DNA of 64,000 nucleotides from an uncultured delta proteobacterium (GCA_963733195.1 CAVTCR010000062.1:64001-128000), one strand, 5' to 3'. Positions 32,001 through 42,719 are shown, counted from the stretch's first letter. Notes: a model not told the origin generated them from the letters alone. Translations and numbers: made by a program.

Positions 32001-32550
32001 CAAAGAGCGCACGCTGGGCATGATCTTCATGGGCAATAGGGGCACCAAAAAGGGCAAAGATCCCATCACCTAACGACTGCGCGACATACCCCTCGTAGCG
32101 GTGCACCGCATCCATCATCAACTTGAGGGTTGGATCAACGATACGTCGCGCTTCTTCGGGGTCAAGCTCTTCGATCAGCGACGTTGAACCTTTGATGTCA
32201 GCAAACAAAGCGGTGATGGTCTTTCGTTCCCCATCCGGCGCGCCACGCGCAGCCATTGCGGCTTGTTCATCACGAATACGTTCCGCTAGGTGATTCGGCG
32301 TATAGCTGACTGGGGGTTGGGGGTTAGGGGTTAGGGGTTGGACTTCGGACTTCGGACTTCGGACTCTGGACTCTGGACTGCTCTTCCCCGTTTCCCCATT
32401 GACAACGCGGGTTCCGCAATTGTCACAAAACTTCGCATTGGACCGCAGGAAGGTCCCACACGTTGGACAGGCAAGCTCAAGCTTGCTGCCGCACTCTTCG
32501 CAGAACTTGGCACCTTCGCGATTCTCGTGTTGGCACTGTGGACAGCGCAT
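29052..32550 (-). CDS. Double zinc ribbon-class III adenylate/guanylate cyclase-AAA ATPase-TPR protein; frameshift near 29865
   Basis: CPQC..CEEC/CPTC..CDNC, LFADIKGST, GDGIFALFG, GEPGVGKS, FKHALTQ, WFTEGFETGDL. Confidence 0.92.
32310..32380. repeat. Heptamer arrays in frame inside the cyclase gene linker
   Basis: ggggttg ggggtta ggggtta ggggttg then ggacttc x3, ggactct x2; encodes SPESRVRSPKSEVQPLTPNPQPP. Confidence 0.85.
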
Positions 32551-32713
32551 ACGAGTGTTCAGACCTCCATAACGTAGGATGTCGGTATCTTATCCAGTCC
32601 GTACAGTAGATGGAACGCGGGTATGTTACGTGGTGCGTGATGTGTAAAGCGTGATACAGGGGGTGTGAAACTAGAAACCGGCAACCCTTCTCTGTGCCGG
32701 AAACGCTCCGCTT

Positions 32714-34801
32714 TTACGGTAAAGAAATGATGAGATTCTGTTCCTCATCGACACTCGCCGTTGCCCCAGGACCTATAACCACCGTACATTCGCGCTCTTC
32801 TACGACTGCTGGCCCGACGAAACTGACACTACCTGGAAGCAGATACCGATCATAGACGCTGCACGAAATAAAGCCGTTGCTCTCAGGCATATACACCTGC
32901 CGCTCGCCTTTGCACGCGTTGCAAGTCGTCTTGCCAGCCGTATTTGGTACCGGAAGATGTATGGATGGGCGTGGTCCTGAAGCTATCAACCGCCAGTTCA
33001 CAACTTCAACCTCTACGCCAGGGTTCAGCCGCTTGTAGAGGCGTTCGTATTCTTCCGTAAAAGCCTGGCGGAGTGCGGACAGACTGTCTGCGGTAAGCTG
33101 TCCCGGAGGCAATGGTACACGAATCTCAAATCCTTGATGCAAATAACGCATATCGGCTGAGCGCGAGAGACTAATTTCTCCCTCCATTCCAGCCGCGGTC
33201 AGTAACTCACGCCCACGCTTTTCCATGTCAGCATACAGACGATCGAGCACGGCAAAGTCAATATCAGTTAGTGAGGTAACATAACTCTGCACGAAGTCAA
33301 ACGCCAAGGGTGCAGTCAGCATGCCAAAGGCTGAGGTGACGCCAGCCGCGAGTGGGCACACCAGGGTCTTCAATTTCAAACGTTCGGCTACACGATAGGC
33401 ATGTACCGGCCCGGCCCCACCAAAAGCAATCAGGTTGTAATCACGAGGGTCGCGTCCTTTTTCGACCAGATGAATACGCGCCGCATTGGCCATATTTTCA
33501 TTGACAACCTGATGAATCCCCCATGCGGCGCGTAAGAGATCAACCTTCAGAGGTTTCGCGATCTTCTCTTCGATAGCTCGCTTCGCCTTTTCGAGATTGA
33601 GATGCATCTTACCGCCAAGAAAATATTCTGGACTCAGATAACCAAGCACGAGGTCAGCATCTGTCACCGTTGGTTCTTCTCCGCCACGATCGTAACACAC
33701 TGGACCAGGCTCCGACCCTGCGCTATCAGGGCCGACTTTCAGCAAACCCAGCGTATCAACACGAGCAATGCTTCCTCCACCCGCACCGATCTCGATCATC
33801 TCGATCACCGGCACTTTGAGGGGTAAACCACTCCCTTTCTTGAAACGGTAGACACGTGCTGCTTCAAAATCTGTCGTCAGCAATGGCTTCCCGTAGTCAA
33901 TCAGACAAATCTTCGCTGTTGTCCCCCCCATATCGAAAGAGATCACGCGCTCGAGTTGGCGATGAGTACTGTAAAACACTGCAGCCAGTGCTCCTGCCGC
34001 CGGACCAGACTCGATGAGGCGAATCGGATACTCACCAGCTACACCACAACTCGTAATGCCTCCGTTTGAAAGCATAATGAACATATCGCGAGGCAAGCCA
34101 AGCGCTCGCAAATCGGCATTGAGCTTGTTGAGATACTGTTGTGCCAACGGTTTGACGTACACGTTGGCAACGGTCGTTGAGGTACGTTCGTATTCGCGGA
34201 TCTCCGGCATCACCTCACAGGACAGCGAGCAAATAAGTCGGGGAAAGTGTTCAGCCACTAACTTCTTTATCAGCAACTCGTGTGTCGGATTACGAAACGA
34301 GTGCAACAAGCAAACCGCTAGAGCGTCAATGCCATCATTCACGAGCCCACGAATCACGGTGAGGGCTTCCTGAGGATCGAGTGGCGTCATGACCTGGCCA
34401 GTGTTATCCAAGCGTTCATTGACTTCACGCCGCAGAAAACGTGGTACTAAAGGTTCTGGATTTTCCAACGAAATGTCATAGATGTCGTAGCGCCGCTCGC
34501 GGCCAATCTCTAACGCGTCACGAAATCCTTTGGTCGTTATCAATCCAGTCTTCGCCCCTTTACGTTCGATGATGGCATTCGTGATGAGCGTTGTCCCATG
34601 AACTAAATGGGTTACCGATGCAGGAGCAATTTCTCGTTCTGCCAACAATGCTTGCAAACCGTTGACTACGGCTGAGGCAGGGTCGCGTGGGGTCGTCAAC
34701 ACCTTCCCGATGGCAATCTCGCCTCCGTCGTTAGATAGCAGAAAGATGTCGGTAAACGTGCCGCCGATGTCGACACCAACCCGGTATGTTTGTCGCGCCA
34801 T
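32714..34801 (-). CDS. Hydantoinase A/oxoprolinase family subunit
   Basis: DIGGTFTD, HGTT, ESGPAAG, DMGGTT, IGAGGGS, PTVTDA. Confidence 0.93.
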   Translation of the reverse strand: MARQTYRVGVDIGGTFTDIFLLSNDGGEIAIGKVLTTPRDPASAVVNGLQALLAEREIAPASVTHLVHGTTLITNAIIERKGAKTGLITTKGFRDALEIGRERRYDIYDISLENPEPLVPRFLRREVNERLDNTGQVMTPLDPQEALTVIRGLVNDGIDALAVCLLHSFRNPTHELLIKKLVAEHFPRLICSLSCEVMPEIREYERTSTTVANVYVKPLAQQYLNKLNADLRALGLPRDMFIMLSNGGITSCGVAGEYPIRLIESGPAAGALAAVFYSTHRQLERVISFDMGGTTAKICLIDYGKPLLTTDFEAARVYRFKKGSGLPLKVPVIEMIEIGAGGGSIARVDTLGLLKVGPDSAGSEPGPVCYDRGGEEPTVTDADLVLGYLSPEYFLGGKMHLNLEKAKRAIEEKIAKPLKVDLLRAAWGIHQVVNENMANAARIHLVEKGRDPRDYNLIAFGGAGPVHAYRVAERLKLKTLVCPLAAGVTSAFGMLTAPLAFDFVQSYVTSLTDIDFAVLDRLYADMEKRGRELLTAAGMEGEISLSRSADMRYLHQGFEIRVPLPPGQLTADSLSALRQAFTEEYERLYKRLNPGVEVEVVNWRLIASGPRPSIHLPVPNTAGKTTCNACKGERQVYMPESNGFISCSVYDRYLLPGSVSFVGPAVVEERECTVVIGPGATASVDEEQNLIISLP

Positions 34802-34932
34802 AGAGTGCACTATATCTGAGAGGGGATTCAGCTGTCAGCTATCAAACAATCGACAGAGAGACATAGTATAGAAGGGTAAAAGTAGGATACAATGTAACCA
34901 ATCTTGTCAGAGTTGGAGTAAGGAAGAGAGAC

Positions 34933-35892
34933 ATGCAACATCCTCGACGCGGTGCAGGTGGTGGACGATGGCAGCATCGGTCAAGACAACAACAACGAAC
35001 TCCACAAAAAACCCGAGCAGCCTCTGATATCCTCCGTGAGCTTCAAGCGCGGGTTGCCCTTGCTCCAACGCGGCGGATTCCGCTCGCTGGTCCGAACGCT
35101 CCATTAACCTTACGCTTGCTTGACCTCCTCTGCCCGATCGGCTTTGGACAACGTGCGTTGATTCTCGCTCCGCCGAAAACCGGAAAAACGACTTTCCTCA
35201 AAGATATTTGCAATGGCGTCTCCGCCGGAGCCCCCAACGCCAAACTGTACTGCCTTTTGGTGGATGAACGCCCGGAAGAAGTTACCGACTTTCGTCGTTC
35301 AGTAAAGGCTGAGGTTTTTGCCTCCTCAAACGACCGCTCCCTTGAAGAGCATTTGGAAACGGCGAGCGTATGCCTCGAACGTATAGTCGCCGACACGCTC
35401 ACTGGTCATGACGTGGTGATTGTCGTTGACTCCCTTACTCGTCTTTCCCGCGCTCATAATTTGAATACCCGTACAGGTCGGACAATGAGTGGAGGTATCG
35501 ATGCCCAAGCATTAGAAATGCCCAAGCGTTTCTTTGGCACCGCACGACAGGTAGAAGACGGCGGCTCACTAACGATTGTAGCGACAGCATTGATCGACAC
35601 TGGCAGCCTGATGGATGACGTCATTGCGCAAGAGTTCAAAGGCACAGGCAATATGGAACTCGTGCTTGATCGTCGCCTGGCTGATCGCCGGATTTTTCCT
35701 GCACTTGATATTGCCAAGTCAGGCACCCGCAAAGAAGACCAATTGCTCACCCCGGCCGAACTCAAAGCGTCTCATGTCATGCGACGACGCATCGCTGACC
35801 TCACTCCCGTTGAAGGGACAAAATTGATTATCTCACTGTTCGAAAAGGTCCCGTCGAATGACGCGTTGGTAAGGGAATTAGCTGCCGACTAA
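34933..35892 (+). CDS. rho: Short Rho transcription terminator homolog (ATPase domain only)
   Basis: [53 protein letters not shown]; 319 aa, no N-terminal RNA-binding domain. Confidence 0.9.
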   Translation: MQHPRRGAGGGRWQHRSRQQQRTPQKTRAASDILRELQARVALAPTRRIPLAGPNAPLTLRLLDLLCPIGFGQRALILAPPKTGKTTFLKDICNGVSAGAPNAKLYCLLVDERPEEVTDFRRSVKAEVFASSNDRSLEEHLETASVCLERIVADTLTGHDVVIVVDSLTRLSRAHNLNTRTGRTMSGGIDAQALEMPKRFFGTARQVEDGGSLTIVATALIDTGSLMDDVIAQEFKGTGNMELVLDRRLADRRIFPALDIAKSGTRKEDQLLTPAELKASHVMRRRIADLTPVEGTKLIISLFEKVPSNDALVRELAAD

Positions 35893-36050
35893 TGTGGTAG
35901 GAGGGCCTTCAATATTTCCTCCCCGTTCTCCATGGCCAGCATTCTGTTCATTCCCGGAGCATTCAGGTTTTCGCCCCGTTCTCGTTCCTTATACTTAGCC
36001 TCATACGCGGAAGAGAGCAACGATTCCCGCGTGAGGAAGTCTCACCTCAT

Positions 36051-36818
36051 TCACAATGATTGCTGCACTCTCTGAGTCCGGAGAATCGACGGGCTCAGAA
36101 AGTGAGCGCGCACCTTAGCAAGGTCTTCTGGCGTGTCGATCTCTCCCCACCATAATCCTTCAATAGAAACGGTTTCGACGATAGAAGAAAGACACATCGT
36201 ATTGAGAACTGACAGATACCAACGTTGCAACGCTTCTGGGCCACGCACTGCCTCCTCTAGCGTCGCACGAAAGGTGTTGATTCCTTCACCACAGAAACGG
36301 ATAAGACCGATCGACTCTCCATGTACCGTTGCGCGTGGTAACGTTTTCCCCACCGCTTTCAGTCGTCGTCCACCATTGAGAGACACCTTCATGTCATCAT
36401 CGTCATATTCCAACTTGCGGTTGATGGTCAACGTGACCGGAGCTTTGGGGGAGGCCAACAAGCGACGGAGTGCCTCAGCCTCGAATAAAGAGTCACCATT
36501 CAAAAGGATAAAATCTTCGGTCATTTCTGCCGAGGCTAACCAGCACGTGATGAGGTTATTACTCGTGGAAAAGAAAGGATTGTAACGAGTTTGTACTTTA
36601 ATCCCAGACACTGGGTTTGTCAGTAAGAATTGTTCGACTTTGTCGGTGCCGAAACCGACCATGATCGTTACGCGATCGATACCGCACTGTGCCAACGCCC
36701 GCAGTTGGAGTTCCAACACCGTACGCCCAGCATCCACAGGAAGAAGACACTTGGGGAGATCTGCCGTAAATGGCAACAGACGCCGCCCCTGCCCCGCACT
36801 CAAAATAATCGCTTTCAT
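36051..36818 (-). CDS. Phosphocholine cytidylyltransferase-family (LicC-like) NTP transferase
   Basis: MKAIILSAGQGRRL..PKCLL, LNGD, DDMKV, GESIG, WGEIDTPEDL; true start 36818. Confidence 0.9.
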   Translation of the reverse strand: MKAIILSAGQGRRLLPFTADLPKCLLPVDAGRTVLELQLRALAQCGIDRVTIMVGFGTDKVEQFLLTNPVSGIKVQTRYNPFFSTSNNLITCWLASAEMTEDFILLNGDSLFEAEALRRLLASPKAPVTLTINRKLEYDDDDMKVSLNGGRRLKAVGKTLPRATVHGESIGLIRFCGEGINTFRATLEEAVRGPEALQRWYLSVLNTMCLSSIVETVSIEGLWWGEIDTPEDLAKVRAHFLSPSILRTQRVQQSL

Positions 36819-36878
36819 CACAGAGAGAGGACCGGTATAAGAGAAATCAGTGAAAGAATCAAGGAGGAGCGCCTCCCA

Positions 36879-39163
36879 ATGGCAGCCACAAAACGCCCCA
36901 GAACCACTCCCACTTCCACCTCCTAAGCGGAATGGAACCCTTGGGCCCACACTCCGCTGGTATATCATCCAGGAACTGATCCGCCCTACCCTCATTGCTC
37001 TCGGCGGTCTCACTGCCCTTGTTCTGACCAAAGACCTGCTGAGCTTTTCAGATCTGGTTATCAATCGCGGCTTCGGTGCTCCCGCAGTTGCAACGATCGC
37101 GTTTTATGAGATCGTCCCGTTGCTGTCGCGTACCCTCCCCTTTGCCCTCCTCATTGGTACGCTTGTGGGCCTCGGTCGCCTGAGGGCCGATCTGGAAGTG
37201 TTGTCAATGGAAGCTGCGGGTATCTCTGTCCGTCGGCTGGTAGATCCGGTCCTCACCTGGAGTGCAATCACAACTGGAATGGGGCTCTTGTTATCACTCG
37301 TGGCCGCTCCTTGGGCAACACGGTCACTTGATGCGGCGTTGCAACGAATGGTGGCAGAGAACCCTGGCCTCGCGTTGCGTGCAGGCACGGTCTACGATTT
37401 TAGCGGCGTGAAAATGCTTGCTCGTGAAGTGTCTGCCCGTGGGGATCAACTACGGGGTATTTTGCTCTGGCTTCCCGAGCAAGGACAAACGCTTTTTGCC
37501 GAACGTGGAGAACTCTCGCCGATTGGTCAACAAGCCACGCAGTTGATCCTCTATCAAGGCGTCATGCTCCCCTCTCCTCCACAACGAGGAGAGGAAACTC
37601 GTTTTGGCAGTTTCATTCAGACGTTACGCGAAACTCCTGCTCCGGCACGGAAAGAGAAGAGACATACTGCCAGGTGAGCCACTCGGACGGCTCCTGACCT
37701 TGACACGGCAAACCGGCGAGAAAGAATCTTCGACCTTTCTCGCTCGCGTCGAGTTATACCATCGACTGGCCTACCCAGTCGCTGCGCTGGCGTTGGGACT
37801 ACTGGCTGTTCCGCTCGGGTTAGCAGGAAAACGATTTTCTCGTGCTGCCGGCGGAGTGACCGGACTTCTGGTTGCAGTGGTCTACTATGGACTGATGCAA
37901 CTCGGCAATGGACTTCTGCAGGCTCGAGTCGTTCCCCCTCTGCTAGGCGTGTGGTTGGCCAATCTTGTGATCTCAGTATCTGCCATTCTTCTCATCTGGC
38001 GAGTTCGCAAGTGGGCAACCTGGAGCCGCCAGACGGGAGAACGGACAGCACCAGAAGAGCCAGCTTTCACAGCCGCAACGTACCAGTCCCGCTCTCGACG
38101 ATTTGTGTTGCAACGCTATGTCACGCGACAGTATCTCATCATGCTCCTCCTCGCCTTCGGCATGCTGTTCGTCGGCTACTTACTCGTTGATATCCTCGAA
38201 CGCTTGCAATGGTTCGCGCGTCATCAAGCACAAGCGCTGGCTATTCTTCGCTTCTACGGTGCCCGGACCCCGCTCTTGGCATCACGTGTCATTCCTATGT
38301 CCCTGCTCCTCGCAACCGCACTGACGGTGAGTATTCTCACGCTCCATCGCGAGATTATCGGCATGCGGGCCTGTGGCGTTTCTGTTCCCCGTGCCTTAGC
38401 GCCGATCTTGTTCATTGCTGGCGTCATCTTGCCTGCCTACTTTGTACTCAATGAATTTGTGGTGCCCCGCACCAACGCGCTCGCCGATCAGCTCAAAGAC
38501 GAAGAGATCAAAAGGCGTGGACCAGATGCAAGCCTCCGACAGCGAATGATCTGGTATCAAGACAGTACCCATCTGTACCAAGCCACCACACTTGACCCTA
38601 AAGTCGGTGAGGCTCAAGGCTTGGCAATCTACGAGCTCGATGACTCGGGGTTACCAGTCAGCCGTATCGACGCACGAGGAGCCAAGCATATTGGCAATGG
38701 CGTATGGGAACTCATCGAGCCAGTCCGTATTGGCATTTCCGCACAAGGGCTACAACCTCTCCCCGCCGAGTCACGTATTACGCTTGGCGAAGCTCCGAGC
38801 ACAACACCGGATAGCATGCATTTGAGTACCAATCAGCTCGCGCAGGCGATCAGCGATGCCGAGGCAACCGGCTATGATGCAACGACCTATCGTGTTGACT
38901 TTAATGTAAAGCTCGCAGCGCCGTTCGCGTGTCTCCTTCTTCCGGCCGCGGCATTGTTCTTTGCTGTGAGTGGCCCGCCCTTTCCTGGCCCTGCGGTGAC
39001 AATTCTCACTTGCAGTGCACTCGGAGTGAGCTATGTATTGCTGACAGGGGTCGCGGCATCTTTAGGGTACGGGGGAGTACTTCCTCCATCTCTTGCCGGA
39101 TGGAGTCCGGTACTGCTACTTGCTGGCCTCGTCCTCGCCTTGGTACTGCGTAGTCGGCAGTAA
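36879..39163 (+). CDS. Fused LptF/LptG LPS export permease; frameshift near 37665
   Basis: Two YjgP/YjgQ units: GRLRADLEVLSMEAAGIS and HREIIGMRACGVS; LQRYVTRQY starts the second unit. Confidence 0.85.
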
Positions 39164-39324
39164 AGGTAAATGAAGAATGAAAAATTAAGAGTGAAGAATG
39201 AGAAGAAAGTAGTCAGTAGGAAAAAGGCTATAGGCTGTAGGCTTCAGGCTCTAGGGGGGAAAAATGGAGGCAGGGAACAGCATGTTGTGAAGTGTATGAA
39301 TTTGCCGCGATCTGATTGAGCCGC

Positions 39325-39388
39325 TGGCGGCAGGCGCAGCCTGCCCTACACCCTATAGGCAATATGTAGGGCTGGGCTGTGCCCGCCA
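39325..39388. repeat. GTAG-type REP inverted pair (REPIN-like); single relative at 55070-55091
   Basis: tggcggcaggcgcagcctgccctaca ... tgtagggctgggctgtgcccgcca. Confidence 0.75.
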
Positions 39389-39471
39389 ACGCGCTGATGA
39401 CTGCCGACTGATTACTGACTCCTCGTTTTTGCCTTTTGACCTTACTTCCTTGCCGCAGAAAAGGAGAATCT

Positions 39472-40179
39472 GTGAAACGTTACAGCCGTTGGCAATCTGT
39501 GTGGAGCGTGGTGGGCTTGTCTCTGTTGTTATTGCCCCTTGTCGTACACGCCCAGACCGGCCATCACCACCACCCCATGCCGCTCGACAAGTACATTTCC
39601 GTACTCGAAGATCCGAAGCGGGACGAGTGGCAGAAGCCAGACGCCGTCATCCAAGCTCTCAGAGTCCAACCTGGACACTATGTTGCCGACATCGGCGCAG
39701 GAAGCGGCTATTTCACACGTCATATTGCGCGCGCCGTCGGCGAAAAAGGCTCGGTATTCGCCCTTGATGTGGAAGAAGGGATGATCGAACATCTGCAACA
39801 GCGACTGAAAAAAGAAAACCTCGACAACGTCAAAGCCATGAAAGTACCTGCTCACGATCCGTTGTTGATCGACGGTTCACTCGATCTCGCGTTTATTTGC
39901 GATGTGTACCACCACCTCGAAGACCGCGAGGTGTACATGCGCAAAGTACGCAAAGCTCTCAAGCCGACTGGCCGAGTTGCGATTGTCGATTTTTACAAGC
40001 ACGAAACGCCAGTCGGCCCACCGATGCACATGCGACTTAGCGAAGAAGTAGTACAAAAAGAACTACAAGCGGCGGGGCTGAAGGTAACGGAGAAACTGAC
40101 TATCCTGCCGTATCAGTACATCCTGATCGCGCAACCTATGACGAAGTCGAGTGAGACTTCTCGACCCGCGGGACAGTAA
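39472..40179 (+). CDS. Class I SAM-dependent methyltransferase with signal peptide
   Basis: RBS AAGGAG + GTG; VADIGAGSGYF, CDVYHH, ALKPTGRVAIVD. Confidence 0.88.
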   Translation: MKRYSRWQSVWSVVGLSLLLLPLVVHAQTGHHHHPMPLDKYISVLEDPKRDEWQKPDAVIQALRVQPGHYVADIGAGSGYFTRHIARAVGEKGSVFALDVEEGMIEHLQQRLKKENLDNVKAMKVPAHDPLLIDGSLDLAFICDVYHHLEDREVYMRKVRKALKPTGRVAIVDFYKHETPVGPPMHMRLSEEVVQKELQAAGLKVTEKLTILPYQYILIAQPMTKSSETSRPAGQ

Positions 40180-40732
40180 AAGTGTCGACTCGACGGTCGA
40201 CCAATTCATCCGCACGGTTCAAGAGCGCTTCGTTCTTGGTAAATTTTTCGACCATGTAACTGAGATCACTAAGGTCATGGAGCATCAACTTCACTGCCTG
40301 ATCATGCAGCATCGGTTCCTTCACGACTTGCAGGAGTTCAACGACAACATCCTCAAGCTCCGACCCTTCGATATCCAGCGCAAGCTCAAACGCGCGCTCA
40401 ACCGAAACTCCTTTCGCGGCTTCTCGACTATAGGCACTAAGCAACGAACGCAGCCGCACCACAGTCGAAGGGTCAAACCACACTTTCGTGGTCTCCGCGA
40501 TGTTAGGCTCGTTCTCCAGTACCCCTTCGACAAGTGCCAACGCCCCAAGGTGGCCGGCCTCGTGTCGCGCCATCGTAAACCAGAACTTGCGTAGTTCTTC
40601 CGGCTTTTGAAATATACGCGCAAAGCGCATGTACAACGCCATGGTCTTTTTTTCCATATCCACAGCGGTACGAAGAATGTCCTTGATTGTTACACGTTGC
40701 GTCCGGCGATGCAGATCCGCTTTCTCCACCAT
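40136..40732 (-). CDS. Ferritin/rubrerythrin-like protein
   Basis: AVDMEKK..LY, MARHEAGH (ExxH), ALDIEGSE. Confidence 0.75.
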   Translation of the reverse strand: MVEKADLHRRTQRVTIKDILRTAVDMEKKTMALYMRFARIFQKPEELRKFWFTMARHEAGHLGALALVEGVLENEPNIAETTKVWFDPSTVVRLRSLLSAYSREAAKGVSVERAFELALDIEGSELEDVVVELLQVVKEPMLHDQAVKLMLHDLSDLSYMVEKFTKNEALLNRADELVDRRVDTFTVPRVEKSHSTSS

Positions 40733-41089
40733 GATTATTTCATAGCAGAAGTGACCAGGGTGACAAACCGGGGGTCAGTAAATAAAAGATTCCATGGTCA
40801 CCGCCAGAACAATCCCAAACGTTCAAGCGCTTTGGTCGCGGCTACAGTGTGACTGATCACACGAAGTTTCTTACAGATTGCTCCAACTGTGCGCGGATAC
40901 TAAGCGAGCAGATCCCCAGGAGCGTTGAGATTTCTTTGTTGTTTTGCCCGAATGAACAAAAGCAGGATTTCCACGTAAGGAATTCTCAACAACACCTTAG
41001 AGGAATCTTTACTTTTTGTGAGAAGGACCGTTCGTGCTCTATTTTTGGGACCTTGACGGCAGTGGTCTCGTCGCGGCATAAGCTTAGAA

Positions 41090-41572
41090 GTGATGATGCG
41101 TTTCTTCTCTTTTTCGATCGGTGTCAGTATTCGTACTCTTTGGTCTTGTGTGTCCTGGTTTTTCTCTACAATTGGGACGAAGCTTCTTGTGTCTGTTTTC
41201 TCTCTGTTTGCGTACTGCCGCGATCAAGGCAAAGTACTCTTGAAACCGTCTCCTGTAGAAACCGTCCCTCGCCTTGTATTCCTCAATGTCATGCTCCAAA
41301 CATTTGATGGGCTCGCTACCTACCAAGGACTCTCGCTTGGCGTCCAAGAGGGAAATCCAGTGATGCATGCGGCGATGGTACAATGGGGAGTTGGAGAGAC
41401 ATTGCTCGGGACAAAAGGGGCTGTTTGTCTGGCTCTGCCGTTCTTCTTGTTGCTACGGCACCGTCGTCTCAGTGTCTGGGCACTTGCCCTCATCGCTGGT
41501 GTTTATCTCGTCCTATCGTTTGTCCCGTGGCTCACGATCTTTCTCACAGAGGCCCAGCAAATCTGGGTGTAG
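41090..41572 (+). CDS. DUF5658-like membrane protein (start uncertain)
   Basis: LQTFDGLATYQGL..EGNPVM motif followed by TM helices. Confidence 0.7.
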   Translation: MMMRFFSFSIGVSIRTLWSCVSWFFSTIGTKLLVSVFSLFAYCRDQGKVLLKPSPVETVPRLVFLNVMLQTFDGLATYQGLSLGVQEGNPVMHAAMVQWGVGETLLGTKGAVCLALPFFLLLRHRRLSVWALALIAGVYLVLSFVPWLTIFLTEAQQIWV

Positions 41573-41600
41573 GGCTTTCTTCCGAGTAGCAACGAAATAA

Positions 41601-41927
41601 TCATGCACAGCGCGTTCCACTTTCATGTACACATCCAGAAGACTCCAGCAGATGTGGAGCACGGATTGGAACTTCCTCCCATGATGCCCATGTCCCTGGA
41701 GCAATCTCTATTTGACATCCTCGCCATGGTGAGTAGAAAGAGTCAGTCAAGCTCGGAAGTGCCTTGGCGTGCGAGACACATTCATCGAAGCGGGGCTTGA
41801 AGTATAAGGTTGCCATGAGAATGGCGAGGCCACACCAGGTCATAGTTGCGAGCGTTCTCTTAACGGTTGCCACAGGTTCGTCTCCTCGCCTGTATATATT
41901 GGCGGGGCGAGAGGAAACTTGAGTCAT
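41601..41927 (-). CDS. Hypothetical single-TM protein
   Basis: ATG start, TM helix, Cys pair; no family recognised. Confidence 0.45.
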   Translation of the reverse strand: MTQVSSRPANIYRRGDEPVATVKRTLATMTWCGLAILMATLYFKPRFDECVSHAKALPSLTDSFYSPWRGCQIEIAPGTWASWEEVPIRAPHLLESSGCVHESGTRCA

Positions 41928-41969
41928 GCTATCGTGTGAGCAACTCGTTTTCGGAGGAACAAAGGATGA

Positions 41970-42719
41970 GTGCCTCGAAGTGAAAAGACGCAGCGCACAG
42001 AGATCAGACTTTCACTCGCAGTGATTGTTTTTCTTTTCGTTCTCCTTGCATCTCAAGGACTAGCGGATGACCCTCATCCGTCACAGTATCGCTTCACACC
42101 AAAGACCTACAAAGGTAGGACCATCGCACCGGCCATGAGTTATCTCGGTGCCGATTGGCTTGAACGCGCAGAACGTGACAGCTTAGAGCAGCCGGACAAA
42201 GTCCTCGAAACCTTGGACATTGCACCTGGAAGTGTGGTGGCGGACATTGGTGCAGGCATTGGGTACTACAGTTTACGTCTCGCTGCGAAGGTCGGCCCAC
42301 AAGGCCGCGTGCTCGCCACCGATATTCAACCAGAGATGCTCTCGCGGCTCCGGGTCAATATGAAGAAAGCGAGCATCACTAACATCGAGCCAATCCTCGC
42401 AACTCCAACCGATGCCAAACTTCCCGTTGATCAGCTTGATCTCGCACTCATGGTTGATGTGTACCATGAGCTTGCTCATCCAGAAGAAACGATGGCTCAG
42501 GTACGTCGTGCGTTGAAGCCAAGCGGGCGATTAGTACTCATTGAGTATAGAGGAGAAGATCCGACCGTACCGATCAAACCTGATCATAAGATGACCCTTG
42601 TGCAAGTGCGTACGGAAATTGAACCGATGGGTTTCCGTCTCCAACAGGTCTTCGACTTCCTTCCACGTCAGCATCTTATCGTTCTTGTTCCAACCGCTAC
42701 AGAAAGTGAGTCAAAGTGA
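41970..42719 (+). CDS. Class I SAM-dependent methyltransferase with signal peptide (paralog of 39472)
   Basis: GADWLER, VADIGAGIGYY, VDVYHE, PIKPDHKM. Confidence 0.88.
   Translation: MPRSEKTQRTEIRLSLAVIVFLFVLLASQGLADDPHPSQYRFTPKTYKGRTIAPAMSYLGADWLERAERDSLEQPDKVLETLDIAPGSVVADIGAGIGYYSLRLAAKVGPQGRVLATDIQPEMLSRLRVNMKKASITNIEPILATPTDAKLPVDQLDLALMVDVYHELAHPEETMAQVRRALKPSGRLVLIEYRGEDPTVPIKPDHKMTLVQVRTEIEPMGFRLQQVFDFLPRQHLIVLVPTATESESK

Noticed and set aside
32310-32340. Telomere-like GGGGTTA repeats
   Set aside because: Four units inside a coding linker; one member of the general heptamer family
36819-37064. N-terminal extension of ORF 36051..37064
   Set aside because: Overlaps lptF on the opposite strand; family alignment starts at MKAIIL (36818)
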